Below, piece after piece: positions 47,676-60,711 of a stretch of 64,000 bases of DNA (position 1 is its first letter; each line of letters starts with the position of its first letter). The stretch comes from Lingula anatina (taxonomy: Eukaryota > Animalia > Brachiopoda). The notes below the pieces were generated by a model that was not told the DNA's origin, did no database searches, and saw nothing but the letters and a program-made list of their open reading frames with translations. Made by a program: the position numbers and the translations under genes. The stretch spans positions 20,030,848 to 20,094,847 of the forward strand of contig CM120643.1 in assembly GCA_051362555.1 (NCBI GenBank). Reading direction: 5' to 3'.

Positions 47676-48329
47676 AACTGATACATCTCTCCCAAGAAGT
47701 CTTGATTACATTCAGATTAAGACTCCCACTGGGTTCCTAGGCGTGCTTTGTAATATTGTACATTCCTTGTTAAGCAATCTGACCATCAGGTGACATGGGA
47801 TTTTCACATATATACCCACGCTGAAAATTTTGACTGTCAGCTCGAGTTAAATCTTCATCGTTCAAAGTGAGGGAATCTAGTCGTTTGGTGAACCAGAGCT
47901 TTCATACAGGTCTTATTAGGCAAACTGGCTGTCTGCTCGAGTTAATATTGCCAAGTTCGAATGCCTCATATTGAGTAATCTGGTCATTAGGTTGATGTCC
48001 CATATTAGCCTAGTATGGCAGCCTATTTTAAACCTGCTTTGAATGCGACTTCAATTATAAAACAAGGCAGCAAAGCTGTCAAATGTACAGACAAAAAGCA
48101 GGAAATAACTATGCACAAAATAGGCTACTGTCAACTCTGATGCAAAAGTACATTATGTTTACTGTAAATTCAACATCAAATTTTAATTATGCTCAACAGG
48201 TAATACTAATGAAAGTAAAATGTGTAACAAGCATAAGGCTTCAGGCCCATGAGAGTTCAAGTTCACACTTTGAAAATGTATAACTTCCAGAAAAAGAAGC
48301 CAATTAGACTGCTTTTCCAACTCGGGCTG

Positions 48330-48672
48330 CATGCCGATTTTCGGACTTGACCTCCGTTTTAGTAAGATCGTTTACTCCTGAGAGTTTCACGACAACAGGC
48401 CTATCGGTTTTCCTTGAAATGTGTTTACAGTGTTGCATATATGTTGAAAAGTGAAAGAAAAAAGCATAACTTCTACAATAATGGCCCGATGATCCTGATT
48501 TTCGAACTTGACCTGCGTTCTATGAATATTCATCAGCTCTTTAAATATAAAGCCCAAAAGTAAAACTGCCTTCCACTTATCGTGTTTACAATGAAAGTGC
48601 AAGGTGCCGGCAACGGCAATGACGGCGACGACAGACGCAGGTGATGGCACTAGTACAGACACATCTGTACAT
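48330..48672 (-). mobile_element. Helentron/HINE-like non-autonomous element, copy 1 (partial)
   Basis: Highly similar to 49305-49733 over about 300 bp; boundaries approximate. Confidence 0.55.
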
Positions 48673-49304
48673 ATTTACTGTACTGTTTGAGAACAGTAAG
48701 TGACATGGTTTTTCTTAAATGGTCATCATGGAAGCAGTGCCCAAAACAGGCTTTTTTTCAAATTTTGATGCAATATTACATAATGTTTAACAGCATAATG
48801 ACCATCAATTTTTAAGAATAAAATATTAGTATCATGGATATTCAGAAAATGTGACAAGCAAAGGTCTTCAGGCCCATGGAACTTCAAAGCCACAACTTGA
48901 AAATGCCAAAATGTAAACAAGACAGCACTGTTCTGAAATGGGTTTATTTCCATTTTTAACAATTTTTAACATAAAACAAAATTAACAGTTTACTGCCATT
49001 TTTATATGATCAACTAAGAAAATTGATGAGATGGGAAAAATATCAATAGAATAGTGTTAAATGTCCAATTTCTTCCATTCTGAGATTCTGAACATAGTGA
49101 ATGATTCAATCTGACAAACTGTAATGATATGAGTTTATTTCCATTTTTGAAACTTTATTACACAATACACAATAACAAGTTTAACATCATTTTTACAAAA
49201 TCAACTAACAATGTTGTAAAGATGCAGGAAATGTCAAACAAACACTTTTACGTATCTTATTACTTAAATAATAAGGCTATTAACATGCCTTAGAATTAAA
49301 TCTG

Positions 49305-49733
49305 AGGAAATCTGAGGAAATGTGAAAAAACAGCATAACTTCTAAAATAATGCCCCGATTATGCTGATTTTCGAACTCAACCTGCGTTTTAGTAAGACTG
49401 ACCATTCCTGTGAGTTTAATGACAATTGGGCTTTCTGTTTTTCTTATATTGTGTTTACAGTGTTGCATATATGCTGAACAATGAAAAAACAGCATAACTA
49501 CTAAAATAATGGCCCCATCATGCTGATTTTCAAACTTGACCTGCGTTTTATGAATATTCATCAGCTCTGTAAATATAAAGCCAAAAAGTAAAACTGCCTT
49601 CCACTTATCGTGTTTACAAGGAAAGTGCACGGCGACGGCATCGGCATCGGCATCGCCATCGGCATCGGCATCGGCGACGACAGACGCAGGTGATGGCAAT
49701 ATGTACAGACACATCTGTGTCTGTACATAATAA
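49305..49733 (-). mobile_element. Helentron/HINE-like non-autonomous element, copy 2
   Basis: Terminal hairpin ATGTACAGACAC-ATCT-GTGTCTGTACAT, then a (GCCGAT)n microsatellite, then ~158-bp internal tandem units. This is the DINE-1/HINE architecture. Confidence 0.6.
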
Positions 49734-51777
49734 GCAATCTCGTCATCAGGTTAATATAAGTAAGCCTTTACAGTCTAGGTTAAAACTAGGCCTGCTTTAA
49801 ATAGAACCTCAATTAGAAAATTAAGTGATTCTGATGGATGGGATGATGTCAATTAGCCTGTGAGCCCCAGGTTAGACCAGTTTTGAACGTGACCTCAATT
49901 AGAAATCTGACCATTACCAGACACAGTGCAGCTCACAGTGACTGCCAGATGAGATGATTACCATTATATACCACGGAATAAATGAAATGAAGTACATTAA
50001 AGATCAAACTGGATAATTACTTGTATTGCCTACAGGTATATCTGCACCCTTGAGCAATGAAAAATATTAAAGATCAAACTGTATATCTGTACTCTTGAGC
50101 AAAAAAAAGAAAAAAAAAAAAAAAGAGTGGGCCTTCACTGTGTTCACCAGCTGAGATAACTGCAGTCTCTTATTAGGCTTTTTAGGATTTCTGTTGTGAT
50201 ACTGATCGTTTTGTCAGAGTTAATGAAAAATACAAACAAGTAACAAAATGACAGGCATGGTTTGGGGTGAAAGAAAAAAGAAGAAATGGTTTTACGACCA
50301 GTGATCTGGAGGCCAATAAAGTGGAGAAACCTACCAAGAAAAAAAAAATCAGATTTCCAATTTAAATGGTGGAAAAATCATGTTTAAATTGGAAAGTAGA
50401 GAGCTTTCACAGTCAAACACATGGAAATAATTTTTAATCTATGGTGGCCTTTTGAATTGTTTTACAGGATCTGCAAATCACAAATGCATCTCTTCTGTTG
50501 GACACCAAATTAAAAAGCCTGATTTCAGTATGTCCAGGGGAAAAACCATGGCGAAACTGATTTACAAGGTGAGCTATCATGTCGACATCTCCCTATCTGC
50601 TGAACAGGTAGGAACAAAATATCTTGACCCACCATAACTTAATTGGAAATGCGCCTATATACCACCTTTTACCTGCCTCACTTTGTGCACATCATTCGTG
50701 CAAAATCGTCCAGCCATATACCTTCATTAAATACATTTAGCAGAGTACTGCTTGTCCCTTTGTATCTGCAAAAGATCTTATAAGCATTTTCAATCTCCAC
50801 ATCATTTCCTGCCAGGAATTACTGTAATACTGCCTCAGGTTTTGTGGTCCCAGCATGCTTTATGATGGTACACTGACAGCGGCCCACCTCTTGGTCAAAG
50901 AATTACGCATTACCAACACACATACGATAAGGAAATTGACTTAGCAAAATGAATAAGAAATAAAGTGGGAGAAAAAAAAACTGCAAAGCAACCTCTTTCT
51001 GAATGCTAAAAACAATCAGTTTGCGGTTATACATCTGAAACCGTGTTCAAAACCAAACTCATTTTGGTAGTACTTATGTGACGTATATAGTTTTACTTTG
51101 TGAAAACCCTGAAAACCACTAACTTTATAGACATAAATGTCTTAAATGCAATTGGAAGCATCACCATTACTGAAAATCTGAAAATGCTATTTCTTAAATT
51201 ACACCTGACAAGGGATTGGATGTCACATCAGAAAGTATGTTTTCATGTTTAGCCTAAAAAAAGATGGATATTGGGATAATATAAGAGAAGAGAGGTGTTT
51301 TTAAATTTATGAATAATTACCATATCAAGATGGTAATCAGATATCTGGTGATATCCATCAGACTCATTCAGCTTTATGCTGAGCAAGATCTAAGGGTGTT
51401 CTACAACCACCACACCCCAACTCACCTTCCCAGCAACAATTACTTTTTTATAGTTCACAATTTGTGACCATGGATGGATTGCTAGAAAAAATCCTGCACA
51501 AAAAAAAAGGATCTACATAATCAATTATAAAAAAAACCCTGACTGTAATCTATGGTTGTTTTGAATACTTATATAAGATAAGAGTAGATAACGCCTGACA
51601 GCATAACTCAGCACACTACTTCAAAGGCTTCAAGATGGGGACTGTCAACATCACTAAGTATGAAGTTGACATCTGCAGTGTTTAATGTTGTACAAACTGG
51701 AATCCCAAACTAGGTCATGGGAAAATGTCCATGAAGTATGTCCAACACATGTAGCATGCACTGCTGGTCTACTGGTG

Positions 51778-51780
<3 letters not shown>

Positions 51781-51814
<34 letters not shown>

Positions 51815-51833
51815 GGGGAGGGGGGGAGAGAGA
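51781..51833. repeat. (AG)n purine tract
   Basis: Read directly from the sequence. Confidence 0.9.
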
Positions 51834-53334
51834 GTGTATGTTTGTACATGTATATAAGCGTGTGAGGGATTCATTCTCCTTTCTCCACAACTTATCAATA
51901 TGACAAAAAGTAAACACATGTAACATGGTTTTTCAAGTCCCCCTCCCAACCTCCCCACCCTTCTCTCTCTCTCTCTCTCTCATACCAAACAAAAAATGTG
52001 ACTTTCCATTGAACAACACACCAAAAATTGCTCTTCGATTTTCTATTCTTATCAAAAATTCACCATTTTCTGCTATTCTGATGAAGTGGGTTACACATTA
52101 AATAATAGTGGGCACCTGTGCTGAAGGCAAAAACCTTTTTGTAAATACCAATAGAAATTAAAAGCTTGTACTTCATACATTAGAAATCTAGAAATGAGCT
52201 TTCCAGCCAACAGACGTGATAAAACCACATTCCACAGGTCTGTATCTACAGGGGAATTGCAGGCACTGAGTGTACTAGAGAGGATGCCTTGAAGCAGTAC
52301 TATCAAGTGTCCTTGAATCTCTTTCGTGTGATGAATTAAAATCTCCAACACGCACATATTGGAATACAATGACTTAGAAAAACTCCCTGTTTTTAGTTTG
52401 GGCCAAAAATAAACCCAAAGTTCAAATCCTAGTGTAAGACTGTCAAACTTCAAAAACATTCAAAAGCAAGATCAAACAGTATCAAATGCATTTATGAAAA
52501 ATTATATAATATGTTATTTCCTGGAGGAGACAATGAGGTATAAAGACACAAAGGTATAAAGAAATGGACCTTTTTTACCCCATCAGTGGACCTTACTTGA
52601 CAAATTCCTTAGACCCTGATAATTAAATTAAGATTCAGAACAGACCTTCTTCAGCCCAAAAAGTGGTTCTTTTCAACCCGTCAAGCCACCCCCACCCCCA
52701 CCCTCAGGGCATGTATATACAATGCAACAAAATGTGTCACGTCCTGTCAAAATGTGTCACATCATGTCACATCATGTCATGGTTGTGTGACCAAGTGTGT
52801 CACTATATCCAGGAAGTTTACCACAGGTAAGAGACAGGTAAAAAAAAATAGGTCAGACAAGTGTGCATAAGCAGCAAACATAAGCCACTGTGCCCTTGCC
52901 TGTATTTAACATGATACACAGCTTAAGATCTTACCATAACAATCCACTTAGCCTCTCAAAATCATATTAACAACATGCTTTTTTTTTCTTTCCCCAGGTG
53001 AACTACTTTCCCCAGGTAAGCGTTTCATAAGGGCTCGCATCTGACTGGATTTTTATAACTGTGAGTGACTGTACAAAATAATGGGTTGAAGACAACATCC
53101 AACTTCCTCTTAAAAATGAAAAATTCAGTCACCCTTTTATTTTGAAAAAGAAATTCTTACACATTCTATTGTCAGCACAGCATACTCCTAACAAGGTGTC
53201 ATTTGAATTTTCAATATTAAAAACCATCCAACTCATCTACTGACATGACAATAAAATTGCAAAGTTAATATGGCCATAAGTAAGGGAAATATTGGATTAA
53301 TTCCATGCTGAGACTTAACAAATTTTACCTTGTA

Positions 53335-53471
53335 CAGGCCCTAAGCCTAGGGGTGTGAAAAGGTCTGCTCTGGGTAAAATTTGATCTAGGTACATAGAAG
53401 TTTTTATGGTAATAGGTCTGCTTTTTCAGAAAAGACCCCTCCCCCCTTTGAAATTGCTGGCTATAGGCCTG
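53335..53471. mobile_element. ~160-bp MITE family, copy 3
   Basis: Same core; flanks TTGTA/TAGTA. Confidence 0.75.
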
Positions 53472-53801
53472 TAGTACAATACTGAAACACAGTTCAACTT
53501 CTACCCTCTTTCTCTACAGCACAACATGACAGCCTTGAAAGGAAAGACAAACTTCTCCTCCCTCCATAATGTAATACTGGCACTGTTAGATCCAAATATT
53601 ATTGAAAATGGCAAAAGTCTGCTCTATGTCACAGCTGGCAACGGGGGACTTTATTTAGCTCATGTATGTCTATAGGTATGTAAGTAACCTAACTATGAAC
53701 ACATATTGACACAGAAACAAAACTGTTGTTACAAATCTGATCTGTGATCTCTGGGCTCCCACATGCACTAGATCCTTTGTCTAATATATACATACATATA
53801 T

Positions 53802-53974
53802 CTGGGGTAGCGCTAGCAATCTTTCTCGCTTAGCCATATCACCACATTTTTGTCAATTTGTTATCAAAATGGTTATAATTTGGCTAAAACATGTCAAATC
53901 AAGCCTTTTTTCTTTAGCCAATTTCAGTCAGTTTTAGCATTTGGCTAAATTGGCGAGTGTTAGCGCTACCCCAG
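53802..53974. mobile_element. MITE with 14-bp perfect TIR, inserted next to TA/TG microsatellite
   Basis: CTGGGGTAGCGCTA / TAGCGCTACCCCAG ends with internal TTAGCCA/TGGCTAA repeats. Confidence 0.65.
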
Positions 53975-55176
53975 TGTGTGTGTGTGTATGTGTGTGTGTG
54001 TGTATTAGACCTCTGATATCTATACCTTCATATACCACTTCTTCTGGTACCTTAACACATTTGGCATATAAATAATAAAGGTCATGTAGCTCCAAGTATG
54101 CATGCCTTCATTGCTTGGCCCAGCCTCATACAATAAGCCAAAATCATAATATCTTAGTTTCAATATATGTACTGCACTTGTATAGTTCAATGTCACCACT
54201 GATAAATACAGGGACACCAAAACTTACTGAATGACAAGATATTTTGTGAGCCATTAAATGGCTCTGACAGTTATTGAATTCTAACAGCGAAACCTTGAAA
54301 GGCGCGCATGAATACTCACAACATTTCACATTCATTCCTCAGTTGATAGAAGGCAAGTTCAGCGTTGATCACAATGGAGACCACATAGATGGTTGAACTT
54401 AATGGAAGCTGAATTCCTTTGACAGGTTATATTGAAAGGACGACAATTCTTCAGGCTCGGCTTGTCATCACTGCTATACTAGTACTTTCCTGAACGGTAA
54501 TATTTCACAATGCCTCATGGTCTGTTGAATTCTATATACACACTACTATTAGTATATATATACACTATTCTATACCAGCCAACAGCTGACTGCTATTCAC
54601 CGGTCAGCTGAGTCACAGCGAGCCTCCGCCCTTCTTAGACAAATACACCCACTGCCTTGGCCTGTCACCTCCCAGATACATACATATAACTCTAACTCTG
54701 TCATGCCTTAATAGCTACAACAGTGGCTATGGCTTATCTAGTCTGTGCTATCAGAACACAAACTTCAAAGGTGTTATAAAAGATATGCTTCAGCTGATCA
54801 TGTTCAGGTCACGGGTGTGACCTTGTGTAGATAAAAGAACAGTTAAAAACGGGTGATCTTTGCTGACCTGATCTTAAGGCTGGTTGATCATTGTCAAGAT
54901 AGTCGACACTGCTAAACTTGTGGAAATTATTTCTTCAACTGTGCCAATGGAGATATATGTGTATTTATTATGGAAGTTCTTCCAAAATCAAAGGCACTCA
55001 TACTGCTTACATTATTTTCATTCTATCACTGCTCATTGAATTAGTTCTATGTGGGTTGTAAGTAAGGGCTCCTACGCCCTGAGCATCAATTTAAGAAATA
55101 TAACACTGTCAAAAATTATAAGAAATTCAACGTCTAAGATTAAAATTATGAGATCACTTCATACTTTTTTACTCAC

Positions 55177-55218
55177 TTTGAAGTCCAGCAGCTAAGTCAT
55201 TATCTCTAAGGACTTCAC
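55177..55218 (-). other. Candidate 42-nt upstream (probably 5'UTR) exon
   Basis: Strong acceptor tttttctttttattcattgcag and donor AAA|gtgagt, on the same strand as PPP1R16. Confidence 0.4.
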
Positions 55219-58200
55219 CTGCAATGAATAAAAAGAAAAAATGTATAAGTAAACTATGAAGCATACCACTAAAGCTTGGTTTCAATCTAGTTCATATTTT
55301 TTCAAAATACCAAACTTATAGAAAAAAATAACAAAAACTGATTTAATATCTCAACCTAAATAAAATGTCTTCAACATTCACAAAATGTTCCTGAGCTGGT
55401 ATGGGCAAAGACAGTAAAATGGCCACATTCAAAGCCACACCACCTACAACCAGAAACAGTTTCATTTCTGGTTTCCAGTCAAACTGAATATTGACCTTTC
55501 TCAGTGCAATCCATCTCAATTGGTAATTATTTCCTGTTCATCACCAATAGCAAAACTAATATCTCCCAGTTGTCCTGAGGAACACCTTGGTTTTGACATT
55601 ATGCTGGCTTCTAATGGTGAAGCTACTCTTGCCAAAAGATGGTTTGGGTTTAGTCTTACCTAATTAGAATGACAAGCCTGTAGCCAACAATTTCAAAGTA
55701 TGACTGGAGATGGGGAGGGAGGAGGTGTCCAATCCTAAAACAAAATGAACCTTTTGCTATAATGGAATAAAGCCTAGATAAAACTTCGATCCAAAACACC
55801 TTTTACTTTGATCTCATTTTATCTCCATCCCCCACCCTGGCCTACCAGCCTGAAAGTCTCACATAAACTGTAAACAAGTCCCAATTTGAGCCTAATAGCC
55901 TAGCTATCCGACCTATAGAAAATTACATAGACACCCCTGTGGGATCATGCTATGGAATACAGCTCTATGTTGATGTCATTTCTACTATTTCCAGGATACA
56001 ATAATTTCCAAACATTGCCTGTGCTGATATGTTAAAGCCGCACCCTGTCTGCATTACAGTAATCATAAAGCAATTGAAAAAATACTTGTAAGGAGCTTCC
56101 ACACAGCTTCTCAAGTTGTATTATCTTCTCTTGTAACCCTCATATGACACAATCTTCACAGCACAGTATTCTAACTATTTCCACACATCTGTCCTGCCGC
56201 AGAGTTACTTGTGGTTTGATATTTTTTCAAAGGAGGAAGCATAATATATTTACTGACTCATATGCTGGAGATTTTAATTGGCAAACGTTTGAAAGAAAAT
56301 TTTGAGTATGAGTAAGGGGAAAGATCTCCTGCTTGGTGTTTTTCAAAAAAAAAAAAAAAAAAAAAATTCCCATAACTCAAATGCTTTTGTGTTAAAAAAT
56401 TTAACTGCTGATTTAAGTAAAAAAAAAAAAAAAAAAAAAAAAACAGGGTAGGTATACCTTTCCATTAATCAGCAAATTGTATTCACCATAAGTAAAAAAA
56501 TTTAATAAGCAATCCCTTACATTTTATCAATAAAAACAGCCAAGAAGAGAGCTCCATGATGATCTGGCCGATACGTTTATTAGTGAAAATTTTGCAGAAT
56601 GCAATTAAGTTCTTTCAGTGACAAGTTGGACAAAAATGTAATCCAAATGCAAAATCTCTTATTACACAGCTTGGACTCTTTGTTTTCCTTGTGAATAAAA
56701 ACTGGTTTAAACAACTTTCATCACATATGAATTGATTTACCCACTGTTTAATCATAGCAAGTGCATCACCGCACAGCAAGCACTCTATCTGTCGATTGCA
56801 ATCACACCAGTCAGCCCAATTCTGACGGCTGTCTCCTCGCAATAATACCTCATCAGATCAGCACAATTTCATTTGACAATTACAACAGCAAAAAAGTCGA
56901 TATTCTCCTCCATCATCAAACTTTGCCTAGGTTGTGGGTACAAATGATAAAAGGCTGCTAATTTGCCCAAACAAAACATATGGTATAATTTGTAATCCCA
57001 GTCACCTTCTGTGACATCAATCAGTCTGGAGTCCTAGTGCTGAGGGCAGTCTTAAAAACACTCAGAACTTTTTTGACAGTAAATACAAGGCGCTATATTC
57101 CAGCCACCTTTAATAATTACGTCATTTCCAACCATGCTCTATGCGTACCAACATGTGGTTTGCAATCAACGTACTCATAACGGGTCGTCTGGGTGACTCC
57201 CTATGGCCACTAAGTCTGTGACGCAATTATCAAACATATTTAAAAAAATGTATCTTTTCACCTAATTTTACACTTATTTTGAAGAGGAATAACAATCATT
57301 TCAGGATGCAGATGAATCTTTTCAATATTCAATGTCTGGGTCACCCCTACCAGGGATCTTGTATTTTAAAGAAGTTGTATAAAGAAAAAGATTGTAAGAA
57401 GAAAAACTAGAAGTTTTATTGTGAACAAATGCACAACATTAGCAGTGATAAAGTATATTCATCTATATACCTATCTATATCTACGCTACAGACTATCTAC
57501 TGTCTACACTTAGATCCATATTACTATCTAAATGTAAACCCTATATATAATCAGCCTGTTGATCTCGATCTTAACAGCATTATCAGTTACATAACTGTGA
57601 AAAGACTGAATGCAATCAAACATCTGTTCCAAATAAAAAAAGAGTCTCTAAATACATTTTTTTGCCAATTTTCTCTGTGCCGCCAACACACATTTTTCGT
57701 AACAAAGAGCCAACAATGGCCTAAGCCCACACAGTGAAGAAATGGGTGGTACATACCCCGGAGCAGGGAGATCCGACTTTTATGGATAATAATAAAGTTG
57801 TCTTTCCAGCGTTATATCTTCCAACATAAAATAATACACATCGTGAAAACAGACAGTGAAATATGCAATTACTCACTGAACATTGGCGAAACTATTTCCC
57901 CAGAAACATTATAAAATTAAGAACAAATGAATTAAATAATGTGCCTTATGTTCCCAATCCTTGTGATAATGAAAGACAAAGATTATCTTTGTAGCTCGCT
58001 TTCACCAATTACTGAGCAAAAATCACGAGTTAGCCTTGTGAGATATCATTCCTTCTGAACTTCCTGCATTCTCTTTTCTTGCATGAGAGTACTAAAAGAA
58101 TCAACACTAATTGCTAAAAGCACAACTTCCAAGTGTCCTAAAAGAAATTTAATAAACCCCTCCCATCCAAAGGTTTTCAAATTTTTGCATTTATAATTCT

Positions 58201-58440
58201 ACTCAATTTTGACAACAGATTTCTGGTACTATTCAAGTGTTCATACAGTAATTTCTTCACAAGATATCTGAGACAGCTTTGTAATGTTGGTAACCAAGTG
58301 CTTGCACTCCCCCCCCCCCCCCCAAAAAAAAATGTAAATGGCCCTCAAGTGAAAAATCTAATGGAAAACTTGAGTACAAAAGTTACCACAATTACCTAAA
58401 ATGTACCAACACAGATCAGCAGAGTAACTCCACCCACTCT

Positions 58441-58689
58441 GGGGTCATTCCCACTGAAAATATCAACCTATCTAGATCGATCCAACTCCACAGGGACTCT
58501 TGCTGAATGCATTAGATTTACCACGCCTCCTCTTCTTTCCAACACGCTCATTTAATCACCAGTTTTTTCTGTATTCTACTCAACACCAGGAGGAGGCGCG
58601 TCGATCTCTTATTCCAACTGCATTCAGCTAGAGTCCCCACGGAGTTGAACAGATCTACATAGACTGATAGTTTCATTAGGAATGAACCC
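58441..58689. mobile_element. MITE (..ATTCCCA.. TIR group)
   Basis: Long imperfect inverted ends; core shared with 23384 and 30166. No clean TSD. Confidence 0.7.
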
Positions 58690-60544
58690 TAAGATCAATG
58701 CTCCACCAGGAATTTAGGGCAAGTTCTCACAATTTACAGAACACCATATTGGCCTAATCCCCATCGCCTTGGGAATTACCATTGAGCCAACAACAGAAAT
58801 CTGAGCAATTTTGTGAGATATGGGCTGGTTTCAAAACAATCAACATACTAGTGATCAACTGACCAGCTCAATATTTTATGCAAAATCTGTTTCTTACAAG
58901 AATTATACCAAAGCTGTGAAAGCTACATTAGATCCACATGTCCAACTGCACTAAAAAAAGGATATACTAACTGTGACATTAATTACTTGACACTTCCTAG
59001 AGTTATAATATGTCTTATGTATATATATTTTTTCTTGCATAATATTATACCTATACATATAATGTATTGAACCTTGCAGGTGTTCATACTGTGTACCTGT
59101 AGAGTTAGAGAGCCAGGTAGTGTGAAAACGCACTATGTACTGAACAATAAATAACCCATTAAAAGCACTTTTGCTACCAACAATGGAACAGGTTCTTATT
59201 ATAATAAGCAGAATACATGTTCTAAAATTTTTTATTAAGTCAAATTGAGCAAACAAAATGTATCAAAACCTTGGGTAAAGTTTGATTTCACCTTTCTGTT
59301 GGCCAAAACAACTAATGCAAACTCCTATATTGATTATCAGTCAGTAATATTTTCCCAAAGTCTCACAAAGCTAAACAAATATCCTATTCATTTGTTTTCC
59401 ACATAAATCTTTGATGTTTGACAATGATAATAGACTTATTCAAAATACAACTGATGGAAAATCCACTAATGTGACTTCCCTGTCCGGGTGGAATCTGCTT
59501 TCCACAGAGCGAGAAAGACATTACTATTGGCTGAAATAACCTCGCAGTGCCCCCTGGGGACCATTTTAGTAAGTTATATGGAAATGATATTGTCCTATCA
59601 TTATAGCCACTCTTAACTTAGTTGGACATTATACCTAGGACACAATTCTTGGGGGAATAGCACTTTTTATTATCTTTCTAAGAAGGGGATGTTCAAAAGC
59701 CCATTATGGTCCAGATTTAAGTGCAAATACTGCCAGTATTTGCTATGCATATGAATGCAGTACCAGAAATTACTCTCAAATTTCACTCATCCTGTTTGCT
59801 TTCCTGTTTTCAAGGTTCATCATTTTAGCTTTTTTTTTTTTTCGGATATTGCTACAGAACACGATACTTGGAGACATTAACCAATTAGTTCAAATAAGGG
59901 GCTGCTTAACTTTTTTTGACATTAATTTGCACAAGGATATTAAAACATTTTGTCCGCAGGATGGTGCAATATGTGCAGGCAATGGCTACATACGGACACA
60001 CTGTCTGTACATAAAAAAGTCCATGAAAACTAAATGATAAATGCATAAACCTCTACCTTTCTGAATGTACTACTTCTGAACAAAGCCTACTTTGTGTTCT
60101 ATACTTCGAAGCCACATTGCACATAATAAGATGTAGTTAAAGGTCTTATAAACCATACTTAGAATAATTAGAATTAGAAAGTGTATAGTAAATAAGCAAT
60201 CAATTCAGACAAACATAATTCATCTATTTCCAGCCCCTCCTCAAAAAAAAAAAAAAAAAAAAAAAAAAAAACAGGTTTGTCAAAAATATCTGTGAAAGAT
60301 TGTTAAGAAATGAATACCTAGTGGACTGCTCGTCATTTAGCTACCCAAAAATGGCAAATCTTGAAAGACAAAATTTCTGTAAGTGATGTCACATATTTGC
60401 ATTTTACATTACCATAAGCTTACAGAGAAATCAGATAAATTCCACCAGCTTCGCCAACAATCAAGGCTTTCCCTAGAGAGCCATCCAGTCATCATTTGGA
60501 CAGCCACTAGCCTCAAAAAATGGCCCATATTTCCAAAGATGGCT

Positions 60545-60711
60545 CAGGCCCGTAGCCAGGGAGGGTTCGGGGGTTCGAAAGAACCGCCCCTTTTGCTGGG
60601 AAAAAGTCCACTTTGGGTAAAATTTGATCTAGGTACATGACGTTTTTATGGAAAAAGGTCCACTTTTTCAGAAAAAGAACCCCCCTTTTGAAATTGCTAG
60701 CTACGGGCCTG
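60545..60711. mobile_element. ~160-bp MITE family, copy 4
   Basis: Near-perfect TIR; exact 5-bp TSD TGGCT. Confidence 0.82.

Noticed and set aside
48387-49746. Paralogous-looking ORFs (..CKHDKWKAVLL..)
   Set aside because: Translations of two copies of a non-coding HINE-like repeat.
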